DNA of 64,000 bases from Rickettsiales bacterium (GTDB lineage: Bacteria; Pseudomonadota; Alphaproteobacteria; Rickettsiales; JABCZZ01): NCBI GenBank assembly GCA_035765535.1, contig DASTXE010000004.1, forward strand, positions 189,137 to 253,136, in the 5' to 3' direction. Of this stretch, positions 27,017 through 38,066 are shown one piece after another. The notes under the pieces were generated by a model, which saw only the letters and a list, made by a program, of their open reading frames with translations, made no database searches and was not told the DNA's origin. How positions within the stretch are numbered: the stretch's first letter is position 1; each line of letters begins with the position of its first letter. Both the position numbers and the translations under genes were made by a program.

Positions 27017-28555
27017 TTAGTGCCTGAAGTGCCTGACACCCGTCAGTACCATCGCCATACCGTAGCCGTCTGCCGCTTTGATCACTTCATTGTCACGGAT
27101 GGAACCGCCCGGATGGATCATTGCCACGATACCGGCCTTCGCAGCATTATGGACGTTATCGTCGAACGGGAAAAATGCGTCCGAAGCAAGCACGGCACCC
27201 TTGGTGGAGAGTTTAGCTTCCTCCGCTTTCCAGCATGCGATGCGCACGCTGTCTACACGGCTCATTTGGCCCGCGCCGATACCGACTGTCGCCATATCCT
27301 TGGCAATCACGATGGCATTGGATTTCACATGCTTCGCCACGGTGAAAGCGAAGATCATATCACGCAGTTCCGCTTCGGTGGGTTTACGAGCACTCGCGAG
27401 CTTCACGCTCTGCTCGGTTACTTTCGCATTGTCGAATTCCTGGAACAGGAAGCCGCCCGAGACCTGCTTCACCATGAAATTACCGGGCTTCTCGGGCATG
27501 CCGCCGGTCAGCAGCAGGCGCAGGTTCTTCTTGCTCTCTAGCATTTTGATCGCTTCCGGTTCCGCATCCGGCGCGATGATCACTTCCGCGAACAGATTGC
27601 CAATCGCCTGCACCGTTGCCACGTCCAGCACGCGATTAGCTGCAATGATGCCGCCATACGCGCTCACCGGATCGCAGGCCAATGCCTTCTTATACGCTTC
27701 CTCGATGCTTGCGCCCACTGCCACGCCGCAAGGATTCGCGTGCTTGATGATAGCAATGGCCGGTTCGCTGAATTCGCTGACCAGCCCGAATGCCGCATCT
27801 GTGTCGTTGATGTTATTGTAGCTGAGTTCCTTGCCGCCGATCTGACGCGCCGTGGAAACCCCCAGAGGCGCATGGTCATACGTATAGAACGCTGCTTCCT
27901 GATGAGGATTTTCACCGTAACGCAGCACCTGCTTAAGCTTCCCTGCATTCATATATTCGGGGAAAGCATGCAGCGTCTTGGCAAACCAGATGCTGATAGC
28001 CGAATCATACGCCGCTGTGCGCGAAAATGCTTTGGCCGCAAGCTTCTTGCGCGTCTCGAGCGTCACCGCACCACTTTCCTCAATCTCACGGCTTACCGCA
28101 GCATAATCGGCCGGATCGATGATGACGGTCACGCTTTCATGATTCTTGGCCGCAGAACGGATCATCGCCGGACCGCCAATATCGATATTCTCGACGCAAG
28201 TATCGTAATCCGCGCCTTTGGCAACGGTTTCCTCGAATGGATAGAGATTGATGATGACCAGATCGATCGGCTCAATGTTATGCGCAAGCATCGCCGCTTC
28301 ATGCTCGTCAACCCCGCGCCTGCCGAGCAACCCGCCATGGATTTTGGGATGCAGTGTCTTCACGCGCCCGTCGAGCATTTCCGGGAAATCCGTATGTTCG
28401 GAAACTTCCTTCACCGGAATCCCTGCCAGGTTCAGCGCCTTAGCCGTGCCGCCAGTGGAAAGGATCTCGATATTGCGGGACTGCAGAAATTTGGCAAACT
28501 CGATGATACCGGTCTTATCGGAAACGGAAATCAGGGCGCGGGTGATTTTGGACAT
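27017..28555 (-). CDS. purH: bifunctional AICAR transformylase / IMP cyclohydrolase
   Basis: 512 aa with N-terminus [11 protein letters not shown] (MGS-like domain) and the C-terminal ending ...LTGVRHFRH. Confidence 0.95.
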   Translation of the reverse strand: MSKITRALISVSDKTGIIEFAKFLQSRNIEILSTGGTAKALNLAGIPVKEVSEHTDFPEMLDGRVKTLHPKIHGGLLGRRGVDEHEAAMLAHNIEPIDLVIINLYPFEETVAKGADYDTCVENIDIGGPAMIRSAAKNHESVTVIIDPADYAAVSREIEESGAVTLETRKKLAAKAFSRTAAYDSAISIWFAKTLHAFPEYMNAGKLKQVLRYGENPHQEAAFYTYDHAPLGVSTARQIGGKELSYNNINDTDAAFGLVSEFSEPAIAIIKHANPCGVAVGASIEEAYKKALACDPVSAYGGIIAANRVLDVATVQAIGNLFAEVIIAPDAEPEAIKMLESKKNLRLLLTGGMPEKPGNFMVKQVSGGFLFQEFDNAKVTEQSVKLASARKPTEAELRDMIFAFTVAKHVKSNAIVIAKDMATVGIGAGQMSRVDSVRIACWKAEEAKLSTKGAVLASDAFFPFDDNVHNAAKAGIVAMIHPGGSIRDNEVIKAADGYGMAMVLTGVRHFRH

Positions 28556-28632
28556 AGCACTTTCAATAGGTTGGTTACTTATCCGCCCTAATTACGCCGG
28601 AAATGGCATTTTTGCAACGATGTTTTCAAGAT

Positions 28633-29169
28633 TTAGCGGCTCTGCGCATGCACATTGCGGGTAGCGCTGCCTGCTGCGCTGGGGGAAGTGCCCGTGCCGG
28701 TCTGCTCTAAACCGACATTCTCAAACTCAATCCGCTGGGCATTAGGCACATTGTCCGCAACATTACCGTATTTGGCTGTACTACGGTCAAAATTTGCAGC
28801 AATCGCCTCGAATTTAGCCTTTTCATCCGGTGACAGCGAACTACCCAGATCCGGTGCTTTATGGCTCTGACCGGCTTCCATACCGTGCTGTTTCTGTCTT
28901 TCCGTCTGCGGTTTTTCAATCTTCTGACCGGGTGTGGCCTTGGGAGAAACCTGATCCTTAAGTGCCGTACCAAAATTACGGATACCGCTTCCCATCTGGC
29001 TGGCAGTTTCCTTGGCAGCATTGCCTACCGCACCGAGCAACTGGCCAAAACGCTCGCCTATAGCCTCGATAGCCGCATTACAGGCAGCATCAAAACGCTC
29101 GCGCACGGCCTCCGCAAAAGGCCGTAATGCCTCGTCAATCTTTTGTACAGTGCTTTGGCCGGAGTCCAT
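28633..29169 (-). CDS. hypothetical protein
   Basis: 178-aa ORF with a helical N-half and a low-complexity C-half. No motif recognised. Confidence 0.4.
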   Translation of the reverse strand: MDSGQSTVQKIDEALRPFAEAVRERFDAACNAAIEAIGERFGQLLGAVGNAAKETASQMGSGIRNFGTALKDQVSPKATPGQKIEKPQTERQKQHGMEAGQSHKAPDLGSSLSPDEKAKFEAIAANFDRSTAKYGNVADNVPNAQRIEFENVGLEQTGTGTSPSAAGSATRNVHAQSR

Positions 29170-29245
29170 AATAACCCATTATTAGAATTACTAATTCTAC
29201 CATGCCCGCATGAATATATACATGAATTATTTATGACAGAATGGC

Positions 29246-30067
29246 TTACTTCTGGCATTTTGCGCAGAAGAATGTGCTTCTGCCGGACTGGCGAAGAATA
29301 GAAACAGGGGTTTTACAAACCACGCAGGGTTCGCCTTTGCGCCCATAAACGCTGAAATGATGCTGGAAATATCCCGCATCACCGGAAGAGCGCACATAAT
29401 CCCGCAAAGTAGAACCACCGGATTCTATGGCTTCTTCAAGCACCTGCCGGATACTGGTCAATAGCAGCCCAGCTTCTTTCTTCGTAACCGTATGCGCCGG
29501 TCGTTCCGGATGGATATGCGAACGGAACAATGCCTCACAGGCATAGATATTCCCCACCCCGACAATTTTGCGTTGATCCATGATGACTGATTTTATGGGC
29601 GCTTTGGAGCCCTGCAATATTTCGTAAAACTCCTTATCCAGCACCGGATCGAATGGCTCCGGTCCGAGTCCCGCAAATAATTTATGGCTCTCAAGCGTCT
29701 TTTCCGTCGCAAGCTCCATGAGCCCGAAACGCCTTGCATCGTTGAAAACCATGAGTTTAAACGGCTTGAACATCACCAGCACATGGTCATGCTTGCGCAG
29801 CGGCTCTGGCATGCGGTCATAGAGAATGAGATTACCGCTCATCCCCAGATGAACGATCAGCACTTCTCCGCCCTGCAGATGGATAAGCACATATTTCGCG
29901 CGGCGATCAATCTTCAACACCTTCTTACCGGTAATCGCCTTCTCCAGCCTGTCCGGCAGCTTTGTGCGCAAATCCCGCCGCCGCACATCAACATGTGTGA
30001 TTGTGCTGCCGGTAATATGCGCCGCCAATCCGCGGCACACTGTTTCCACTTCAGGCAATTCAGGCAT
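29246..30067 (-). CDS. mutM: formamidopyrimidine-DNA glycosylase
   Basis: 273 aa with N-terminal MPELPEVE and a C-terminal zinc finger CVVCKTPV...FFCAKCQ. Confidence 0.93.
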   Translation of the reverse strand: MPELPEVETVCRGLAAHITGSTITHVDVRRRDLRTKLPDRLEKAITGKKVLKIDRRAKYVLIHLQGGEVLIVHLGMSGNLILYDRMPEPLRKHDHVLVMFKPFKLMVFNDARRFGLMELATEKTLESHKLFAGLGPEPFDPVLDKEFYEILQGSKAPIKSVIMDQRKIVGVGNIYACEALFRSHIHPERPAHTVTKKEAGLLLTSIRQVLEEAIESGGSTLRDYVRSSGDAGYFQHHFSVYGRKGEPCVVCKTPVSILRQSGRSTFFCAKCQK

Positions 30068-30082
30068 ATTCTTTCTTAAACA

Positions 30083-30442
30083 TTATTTGATATAGGTACC
30101 GCTCACGCAAACACGTACAAATCCGGTGCTTTCTTCAACACCGCTGACACTAACCATATCCCCGGGCTTGGCACCCGGAATCGCAATAGCCTCGCGGTCA
30201 CAATCCGATTCCCCCGATGTGAGATGGACGGTGATAGTTTGACCATCTGTTTGCACTTTAAATATTCCGTCTCCATCACGCGCCATAGCAGCAAGGTCTG
30301 CAGAAATCAGCCTGCCTGAATATTGCACTAGCTTGCCGCCTGCAAATGCCTGCTGCTGCACCAGTAGCAACGATAATGACAATGCCAGAAGAAAGAAATA
30401 ATTCGGATACCAAAACACCTTACAACCTATCCGTAAGGTCAA
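30083..30442 (-). CDS. small secreted hypothetical protein
   Basis: 119 aa with a TTG start and a signal-peptide-like FFLLALSLSLLLVQQQAFA. It overlaps the 3' end of the GspE-like gene by 23 nt; the exact start is uncertain. Confidence 0.4.
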   Translation of the reverse strand: MTLRIGCKVFWYPNYFFLLALSLSLLLVQQQAFAGGKLVQYSGRLISADLAAMARDGDGIFKVQTDGQTITVHLTSGESDCDREAIAIPGAKPGDMVSVSGVEESTGFVRVCVSGTYIK

Positions 30443-32207
30443 TCGTGCTGATCAACTCCTGCAGGTCGATCTGGCCTGCCAGCACCTTGTCGATCCCGTC
30501 CAGAGCCATGGGGATAAAGCCGTTATCCATCGCATAATCCTGTATCTGGTTACGCGTCGCACGGGTCGAAATCAGCTCGTCCATGCCTTCGTCGATACGC
30601 AGGATTTCCGTAATCGCAACACGGCCTTTATACCCCTTGCGCTTACATTTGTCGCAGCCGACCGGATCATACACCGTCGGCGGATTTTCAGGATCGAAAT
30701 CCATGATATTGCATTCTTCGCGCGTGGCAAGGCGCGGCCTGCGGCAATGCACACACAGCTTGCGTGCAAGGCGCTGGGCAAGCGAGCAGATCAGCGAACC
30801 TGCCAGCAGATGCGGCGGCACACCGATATCGCTCAGACGTGGGATCGCGCCGATAGCATCGTTCGTATGCAGCGTGGTGTAAACCTGGTGACCCGTCAAC
30901 GCCGCGCGCACGGCCATGATGGCCGTTTCCTCGTCGCGCACTTCGCCCACGAAGATGATGTCCGGGTCCTGGCGCATCAGCGATTTAATGCCGTGCAGGA
31001 AGTCGAGCGACCCTTCGCGGATGCTGCTCTGGCGGATGAGCGGCAGCTGGTATTCCACCGGATCTTCCAGCGTCATGATATTGACATCGATGGAGTTGAT
31101 GTAACTGAGCACCGAATAAAGCGTCGTCGTTTTACCGCTGCCCGTCGGACCGGTCACGATAATGATGCCTTCCGGACGCTTGAGCATCTTCTTCAGCAGC
31201 TTGATGTTGTGGTCGCTGAACCCGAGATTTTCCAGCGGCACGAGCGAGTTCGCCTTGTCGAGCAGACGCATCACGATGTTTTCCCCGTGCACGGTCGGCT
31301 GCGTCGCCACACGGAAATCCACATCGCGACCCATAACATTATAGGAAATACGACCGTCCTGAGGATTACGCGTTTCGGCGATGTTCATGCCCGCCATGAT
31401 CTTGATGCGCACGACCATCGCGTTCCAGTAATCGCGGTGCAGGCTTCGGATCTGGGTCATCTGTCCGTCGATACGGTAACGCAAACGCAGGAATGCACCT
31501 TCCGGCTCGAAATGGATGTCGGACGCGTTATTCTTAATCGCGTCGATCAGCAGCGAATTCACCAGACGCACCGTCGGGTTGACATAGCCTTCCTGCCTGC
31601 CGTCCAGCTGGCGCGTATTTTCGCGGATGCCGGTTTCGATTTCGCGTAAGATACCGTCGATCGACATTTCATATTCGTAATACTGGTCGATCAGTTCCAG
31701 GATTTCCGTTTCCGTACAGAATACCGGAACGATCTTCGTTCCCTTGGGGAAGTTGCGGCGCACCTGGTCGATCGCGAGAATGTTGTACACATCCGCCATC
31801 GCAAGGTTGACTTCCCCATTCTCGAACGACACCGGAATAATTTTATGGCGCAGCGCCAGTTCCTTGGGGATCTGCTTGATAACGCTCGAATCGAGCATCG
31901 TCGATTTCGGATCGAATTTCTGCGCGCCGGCAGACTCTGCCAGCACTTCGCCGAGCGCGGATTCCGTCACGAATCCCATTTCGATCAGGATACCGCCCAG
32001 CAGCTTCTTGGAAGTCTTCTGCTCCAGCAGCGCGATCTGCAATTGGTCCTTGGAAATCAGGCCGAGTTCGATCAGCTTATCGCCCAGGCGCATCGGCTTC
32101 TTGGCCGCACCCGATTCCTGCGCGGACGACGCACCGGCACCCCCAACTGGGGGTTGTGCCATCGGATTCGAGGCATCGCCTGGCAGATTCGGATCCTGGT
32201 TACTCAT
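30420..32207 (-). CDS. GspE/PilB-family secretion ATPase (type II secretion / type IV pilus assembly)
   Basis: 595 aa with a GSPII_E N-terminal-type domain (LGDKLIELGLISKDQLQIALLEQ), Walker A GPTGSGKTTT and a tetracysteine motif CVHCRRP...CDKCKRKGYKGR. Confidence 0.9.
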   Translation of the reverse strand: MSNQDPNLPGDASNPMAQPPVGGAGASSAQESGAAKKPMRLGDKLIELGLISKDQLQIALLEQKTSKKLLGGILIEMGFVTESALGEVLAESAGAQKFDPKSTMLDSSVIKQIPKELALRHKIIPVSFENGEVNLAMADVYNILAIDQVRRNFPKGTKIVPVFCTETEILELIDQYYEYEMSIDGILREIETGIRENTRQLDGRQEGYVNPTVRLVNSLLIDAIKNNASDIHFEPEGAFLRLRYRIDGQMTQIRSLHRDYWNAMVVRIKIMAGMNIAETRNPQDGRISYNVMGRDVDFRVATQPTVHGENIVMRLLDKANSLVPLENLGFSDHNIKLLKKMLKRPEGIIIVTGPTGSGKTTTLYSVLSYINSIDVNIMTLEDPVEYQLPLIRQSSIREGSLDFLHGIKSLMRQDPDIIFVGEVRDEETAIMAVRAALTGHQVYTTLHTNDAIGAIPRLSDIGVPPHLLAGSLICSLAQRLARKLCVHCRRPRLATREECNIMDFDPENPPTVYDPVGCDKCKRKGYKGRVAITEILRIDEGMDELISTRATRNQIQDYAMDNGFIPMALDGIDKVLAGQIDLQELISTIDLTDRL

Positions 32208-32274
32208 TTAAGCCTGAATATTACTAATTACTGTTCCAACGCGTTCTAAAAAACTACACGCGGCAGAACCTGCA

Positions 32275-35200
32275 CTATCCCACCAAGTCAAGCTGGCCGC
32301 GGGTTAGGCGGTCTATCCAGGCTGCGGTCAGCTTTTCATGCAGAGAGTTCTGCCTCAGGCGTTCATTAAGGAACGGAAACGACACATTGTCAAGTGCCTG
32401 ATCCTGATTAAAGCAGGAATATATGTAGCTTGTTGCACCGGTTACAGGATCGACATGTTGCTGGATACATTGCGCGCAGATCTCTTTCATCATGCATTGC
32501 ATCGGTGAGTTGATGCTGCCGATAGCGACATGTCCCGGTTTGAGATACGGTTTCAATATGCCGCGGCGCGCCGCACCCACTGCCGCCATCATGCGGTCCG
32601 AACCGATAGCGATGATATGATCGACAGCTTGCGTTTTGATGGCCGTTTCGCCGAGCCTGCCTTCCGCATAGGCCGCTATTGCCTGCACGATATTGCCGTA
32701 GAACACCTTGTCGTTCGGCCTGTCCGGCGTGAAATCCGCCTGCTCGTCACATGCCCAGACAATCACGTCGGACGCTTTCTCGATTTCTTCAATCTTGTAA
32801 CGGTCGGTGGATTTGCGGTATCCGGCGAAGTAAAGCACCTTGCAGCCATTCTCACGCGCTGCACGGCCGATGGAGAACAGCACCGCGTTACCCAATCCGC
32901 CGCCCACCAGCATGACGGTTTCGTTTTTCGGAATCTCCGTCGGCGCGCCCGTCGGCCCCATCAGCACGACCGGTTCACCCTTTTTGAGATACGCACAGAG
33001 ATTGGAAGAACCGCCCATTTCCAGCACAATAGCGGAAAGTAGCCCCTGCCCTTTATCCACCCATGCTCCCGTGAGCGCCAGCCCTTCCATTAGCAATGTG
33101 GTATCATATGAAGGTGTGTGGGTGCGCGGAGGAGCACTTTGCGACGACCCCGCAGGGGAATCCGAACGGAGTTCGGATGGGGGCAGCGTGCCCCCCTTAA
33201 CTTTTAGCGCATTCATTTCAAAATTTTGCAACCGGTAGAACTGCCCCGGCTCGAATTGCTTCGCAGCCTGTGGCGCCTTCACGATCACTTCCACTATATT
33301 ATGCGTCAAGCGCACCACATCATGCACCGTCGCACGCAACTGCAGGTTCATGAAGGCAAGGAAAGCTGCATCGGAATGCGGCTCCGCCACTTTTCCCCTT
33401 CTTTTCAATATTCTCGAAACGACCGGATATCCCTGCTTCGCGCTGCCCATCGCCTTCACGACATTGCCTGCGAAAGAAGGATGCAAATCACCAAAGAAAC
33501 TGAGCGCCCTGCCATCCGCTTCCACTGCCATCAGCACCTGCGGTGTTTCAGGTTTGGCAACACGTTCCGGCAAAACCGGCTTGCCTTCATCATCCACTGC
33601 CTGAAAATACTTGCCATGCAAGGTAAGTTTCTCCGGCACTTCACGTTGCAACACGGTATTCGGACTTGTCCCTGCTGCCATCAAGACAGTCCTTGCAGGA
33701 ATCGTTAGGGTGCCATCTTGACTCTTAAATTTCACAGCCGCCGCATGGCCATATTTATCGACTTCCACACCCACCGGCTCAAGATTCTCAACGATACCGA
33801 TGCTTTCTTCCAACGCTTTTTCCACTTCTTCGTGGTTCAGGCGGTAAGACGGCGCATCGATCAAACGCTTGCGATATACCATCTTCACGCCGCCCCAGCT
33901 CTCCAGCAGCCCGGCGACATTGGGATTCGGTTTCTTGCGTTCTTCACGGATGGCCTTCGCATGGGCAATGAACTCTTCGGCAATCTCCGTATCTTCCGCA
34001 CCCCAGCCAAGCCTTGCGCCCTGCTCACCGCGGTCTTTCACGAGCACTTCGTAGCGAGACAGGAATTTCTCCACCTGTATAGGATAATAAGCGAGCGATT
34101 CCGTCGCTGTATCAATCGCCGTCAACCCTCCGCCAATCACCACGATCGGCAGGCGTACCTGCAAATTCGCAATGGAATCCATCTTTGCCGCGCCCGAAAG
34201 CTGCAGCGCCATCAGGAAATCCGAAGCCGTGCGCACACCGCGCGCCAGACCGTTCGGCATATCGATCACGGTCGGCCTGCCCGCACCCATGCACAGTGCA
34301 ATATGGTCAAACCCAAGTTCCCATGCGGAATCGATCGTAATCGTACCGCCAAAACGCACACCGCCGATCAATGCGAACGATGCACGCCGCTCCAGCAACA
34401 GACGGATTACTTTCAAGAAATTCTTATCCCAGCGTACCGTGATGCCATATTCCGCCACGCCACCAAAGCCGTACAATGTACGTTCATCGAGGCGCTCGAA
34501 TAATTCTCTGATATCGCGCACCGGCGCAAAAGCCACACGTTCGCCTGTCTGTGTGACGCCAGAAATTTCCGGCGGCAACGGCTCGATCTTGAGCCCGTCA
34601 ATCCCAACAACCGTATGCCCGTCATTGAGCAAATGATGCGCAAGTGTATAGCCAGCAGGCCCCATGCCCGCCACCAGCACCTTGGAACCGGTTTCAGGCC
34701 TCGGCAACGGACGCTCCAGATTCAGCGGGTTCCAGCGCGTGAGCAGCGAGTAAATCTCAAACCCGTAAGGCAGCTCCAGCACATCCATCAGCGTGCGCGT
34801 TTCGGACTGCGGAATATTGACCGGCTCCTGCTTCTGGTAGATACAGGCTTTCATGCAGTCATTGCAGATGCGGTGCCCCGTGCCCGCGCACATCGGATTG
34901 TCGATCACGACTGTTGCCAACGCGCCGAGCGGAATACCTTCGCTTTTCAGGAAGTTCATCTCGGAAATCTTCTCTTCCAACGGACAGCCGGCGAGCGTAA
35001 TCTCCAGAGAGTTTTTCTTAAAGGAAGTCGTATTGGTTTCCTTATTCGTCTCTTTCATTCCTTTGGAACAGGAATCCTTGCCCTGGTTATGGCACCAGAT
35101 GCAGTAATTGGCTTCGTCTAAGCCCTTGGCCAATGTGACACCGTCATCCGTCAGCGCGAATCCTTCGCGCGCACGGCGATGGTGTGGATCGAGCTTGATG

Positions 35201-35886
35201 ACCGTGACGCCGTCCACCACTTCCGTCTCATACGCCACAAGATTAAGCGGATCGAGCTTGCGCGGCGTCTTAAACAGAATACCTGCCTTATGCTTCTCTT
35301 GCCCTTGCGGCGTGAGTAGGGCCCAGGCGGCGTATTCGGTTGCAATACGGATCGCATCTGCATGCTGTTCCGCTTTATCCAACCACGCCATAACGTTACG
35401 TGAGAACGTCAGCTCAAACACCGTCTCCACCATATGGCCTTCAGGGTGCACCGTATGAGAATCCGAAGGCAGGTCAAATGCTGGCAGGGCGTCCTGCTTC
35501 TTAAACAAGCTTTCAAGCTGCGCACGTAAAGCAGCACCATCTAATTTTGCAGCCTCATCCGGCTTAACGGATTTTGCAGCCTTGCGCTGTACGAACAGGC
35601 GTTTGCAGCTGTAAAGCGGCGCGAGCGTAAAATGCCGCTCCTTGAGCGCAGTCACTTCCGAGCGGATGCCGAACAGTTCTGCAATAAACTCTTCCAGATG
35701 CGGCGCAAGATCGATGATTAATTGGGACTCTTCCTTCAGCACAGGCTTAACGGCACGCGCCGATACCAGCCGATTATGCAGCGCCACATCTCGCTGTTTC
35801 AGCTCTTCGATAAATTTTGTATCCAGTGTTACCAGTCCAGCACGCGTATATAGCTGATCGAAAGTCGCCTCAAATCCGAGTTTCAT
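32275..35886 (-). CDS. 1203-aa fusion oxidoreductase: unknown N-domain + GltD/NfnB-like Fe-S/FAD-NAD(P) module + PyrK/NfnA-like ferredoxin-reductase module
   Basis: Cys clusters [18 protein letters not shown] and [16 protein letters not shown] are followed by [14 protein letters not shown] and [13 protein letters not shown] dinucleotide folds. The C-terminus has FEPGQFYRL ... [10 protein letters not shown] and a Cys-rich tail [12 protein letters not shown]. The start overlaps the cysNC stop (ATGA). Confidence 0.75.
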   Translation of the reverse strand: MKLGFEATFDQLYTRAGLVTLDTKFIEELKQRDVALHNRLVSARAVKPVLKEESQLIIDLAPHLEEFIAELFGIRSEVTALKERHFTLAPLYSCKRLFVQRKAAKSVKPDEAAKLDGAALRAQLESLFKKQDALPAFDLPSDSHTVHPEGHMVETVFELTFSRNVMAWLDKAEQHADAIRIATEYAAWALLTPQGQEKHKAGILFKTPRKLDPLNLVAYETEVVDGVTVIKLDPHHRRAREGFALTDDGVTLAKGLDEANYCIWCHNQGKDSCSKGMKETNKETNTTSFKKNSLEITLAGCPLEEKISEMNFLKSEGIPLGALATVVIDNPMCAGTGHRICNDCMKACIYQKQEPVNIPQSETRTLMDVLELPYGFEIYSLLTRWNPLNLERPLPRPETGSKVLVAGMGPAGYTLAHHLLNDGHTVVGIDGLKIEPLPPEISGVTQTGERVAFAPVRDIRELFERLDERTLYGFGGVAEYGITVRWDKNFLKVIRLLLERRASFALIGGVRFGGTITIDSAWELGFDHIALCMGAGRPTVIDMPNGLARGVRTASDFLMALQLSGAAKMDSIANLQVRLPIVVIGGGLTAIDTATESLAYYPIQVEKFLSRYEVLVKDRGEQGARLGWGAEDTEIAEEFIAHAKAIREERKKPNPNVAGLLESWGGVKMVYRKRLIDAPSYRLNHEEVEKALEESIGIVENLEPVGVEVDKYGHAAAVKFKSQDGTLTIPARTVLMAAGTSPNTVLQREVPEKLTLHGKYFQAVDDEGKPVLPERVAKPETPQVLMAVEADGRALSFFGDLHPSFAGNVVKAMGSAKQGYPVVSRILKRRGKVAEPHSDAAFLAFMNLQLRATVHDVVRLTHNIVEVIVKAPQAAKQFEPGQFYRLQNFEMNALKVKGGTLPPSELRSDSPAGSSQSAPPRTHTPSYDTTLLMEGLALTGAWVDKGQGLLSAIVLEMGGSSNLCAYLKKGEPVVLMGPTGAPTEIPKNETVMLVGGGLGNAVLFSIGRAARENGCKVLYFAGYRKSTDRYKIEEIEKASDVIVWACDEQADFTPDRPNDKVFYGNIVQAIAAYAEGRLGETAIKTQAVDHIIAIGSDRMMAAVGAARRGILKPYLKPGHVAIGSINSPMQCMMKEICAQCIQQHVDPVTGATSYIYSCFNQDQALDNVSFPFLNERLRQNSLHEKLTAAWIDRLTRGQLDLVG
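33124..33196. repeat. palindromic element A, copy 2 (inside the oxidoreductase gene, antisense to it)
   Basis: gcgcggaggagcactttgcgacgaccccgcaggggaatccgaacggagttcggatgggggcagcgtgcccccc. Same + strand orientation as copy 1. Confidence 0.8.
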
Positions 35887-37835
35887 ATCCCACCTGAAAT
35901 CACGTCGCGCAGGTCTTTTACCGGCTCGACAAACTGTTTCTGCACATATTCCATGAGCATTGTAACGCTTTCTTCCACGGAAAGCTGTGCTGTGTCAATA
36001 ATCAGTTCGGGATTTTCCGGTTCTTCATAGGGAGCGGAGACACCTGTGAATTCAGGAATCTCGCCTGTCAGCGCCTTTCGGTAGAGTCCTTTAGGGTCGC
36101 GCGCAATGCAGGTATTGATATCCGTCTTCACGTAAACCATGTTGAAATAATCACCCCCGGCAGCACGCGCGCGGCGGCGGTCATCGCGATAAGGCGAGAT
36201 AAAGGACGCGATCACAATCATGCCAGCTTGCGCAAACAAGGTAGCCACCTCGCCGATGCGGCGGATATTTTCAGTGCGGTCTTTCGCCGAAAACCCAAGA
36301 TCTTTATTGAGCCCGCTGCGCACATTATCCCCGTCCAGCACATAAGTCTGGTAGCCCTTGGCAAACAGGCGTTGCTGCAATTCCTGCGCAATCGTGGACT
36401 TGCCGGAGCCCGAAAGGCCCGTAAACCATAAGATGCCGCCCTGATGGCCGTTGGCGAGCGACCGTTGCACAGGCGTAATGCGGGAATCCACCGCCGTGAT
36501 ATTCTGCGACTTCACGCGCTCTGCACTTACGCGCTGGTCGTGGAACCCTTCCAGGTCGATGATACCGCCGCCGCAAACGTCATAATCCTCTAGGATCACG
36601 AAACGCCCAAGCTTCGGATTATGCTCGAATGCGTCCAGCGCCACCACACCGCGCGTATGGAACACGACTTCCGCGACCGCACCGCGTTCGACCGATGCCT
36701 GCTGCGCACGGCCGAGATTGTTGGTGTCCACCACCTGCTCGATCTCACGCACTTCCGCCGTAACTTCAGTGGTAGCGATCTTGAGTTTATAGCGCTTACC
36801 CTGCGTGAGCGGCTTATGGCCGAGCCAGAACAGCTTTGCCCGGAACATATTGGTAATGAAAGGCGCATGCTTCGTGTGGCTTGCCACTGCGCCGCGTTCC
36901 ACGAATATCTGTTCGCTGAGCGTAATGCCGACCGACTGGCCTGCTGTCGCAGAAATCGGCAGGATAGAGCTACCCCATTCCTCAATGCTCGCCACTTTCA
37001 CCGTGCGATTGACGGGAGAAAATACGAGTTCATCCCCTACTTTCAGCGAACCGCTTTCAATGCGCCCAACAATAATGCGACGCTCATCGAATTTATACAC
37101 ATCCTGCACAGGGAAACGCAGCGGCAGCTGGTTCAGCGGCAACGTCGCGGAAAAACCGTCCAGCGCTTCCAGAACGGAAGGGCCTTTATACCACCCCATC
37201 TGCGGGGAACGCGCTGCGATATTATCCCCTTCACGCGCCGAAACAGGGATTACAAATGCCGGTGTTACACCGATTTCCTTAAGATATGTGCGGTATTCAT
37301 CCTCGATTTTACGGAATGCCTGCTCGTCATACCCGACCATATCCATTTTGTTGACGAGCACCGCAATCTGGCGCACGCCCAGCAGGTGCAACAGGTAGCC
37401 GTGGCGCTTGGATTGCTCCTTTACACCTTCCTTTGCGTCGATGATCAGCAGCGCCGCTTCGCTTTGAGCTGCACCAGAAATCATGTTCTTCAGGAACTCT
37501 TTATGCCCCGGCGCATCGATCACAACGTAATTGCGCGCCTGTGTCTTGAACCATATCTGGGTCGTATCGATCGTGATGCCCTGGTCGCGCTCAGCCTGCA
37601 GCGCATCCATCAGGAACGACCACTCAAAAGGCATGCCGCGCTTTTTGCAGGATTGCTGGATCTGTTCGAACTTACCATCCGGCAGCGAACCGGTATCATG
37701 CAGGAGCCGCCCGACAAACGTGGATTTGCCATGATCGACATGCCCCACAATCACAATCTTCAAAGCGGAATCGGTGGCAGCCTGCTGCACCTGAACAGCA
37801 AATTCCGGCTCTTTACGTGCAAGATTGTAACTCAT
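35883..37835 (-). CDS. cysNC: bifunctional sulfate adenylyltransferase subunit 1 / adenylylsulfate kinase (CysN-CysC fusion)
   Basis: 650 aa with GTPase motifs [14 protein letters not shown] and NKMD, plus the C-terminal APS-kinase P-loop GLSGSGKST. Confidence 0.92.
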   Translation of the reverse strand: MSYNLARKEPEFAVQVQQAATDSALKIVIVGHVDHGKSTFVGRLLHDTGSLPDGKFEQIQQSCKKRGMPFEWSFLMDALQAERDQGITIDTTQIWFKTQARNYVVIDAPGHKEFLKNMISGAAQSEAALLIIDAKEGVKEQSKRHGYLLHLLGVRQIAVLVNKMDMVGYDEQAFRKIEDEYRTYLKEIGVTPAFVIPVSAREGDNIAARSPQMGWYKGPSVLEALDGFSATLPLNQLPLRFPVQDVYKFDERRIIVGRIESGSLKVGDELVFSPVNRTVKVASIEEWGSSILPISATAGQSVGITLSEQIFVERGAVASHTKHAPFITNMFRAKLFWLGHKPLTQGKRYKLKIATTEVTAEVREIEQVVDTNNLGRAQQASVERGAVAEVVFHTRGVVALDAFEHNPKLGRFVILEDYDVCGGGIIDLEGFHDQRVSAERVKSQNITAVDSRITPVQRSLANGHQGGILWFTGLSGSGKSTIAQELQQRLFAKGYQTYVLDGDNVRSGLNKDLGFSAKDRTENIRRIGEVATLFAQAGMIVIASFISPYRDDRRRARAAGGDYFNMVYVKTDINTCIARDPKGLYRKALTGEIPEFTGVSAPYEEPENPELIIDTAQLSVEESVTMLMEYVQKQFVEPVKDLRDVISGGI

Positions 37836-38066
37836 GCGCAGACAGCAACCCCTTAAGTTAATAACATTTTATTGTGTGGAATATACATTATTCCCATAAT
37901 TTATGGGGAATTTATAAAAAGGTCAATAAATATTCTATGTGAAATTAAATATTCTTCACATTTTCAGTGTAATTAAGAGGCAATCACAATTAGGAGATCC
38001 AATACGAATCCCATAATAAACTACTGCTATAAAAGATAATAAACGGATCAGCAGCGAGAGATATCG

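Noticed and set aside
36621-37856. 411-aa + strand ORF over cysNC, with similar long antisense ORFs at 30747-31649, 33718-34503, 52238-53113, 61293-62078 and 5099-6013
   Set aside because: All lie opposite genes with strong motif support and have no motifs of their own, with Arg/His-rich composition.
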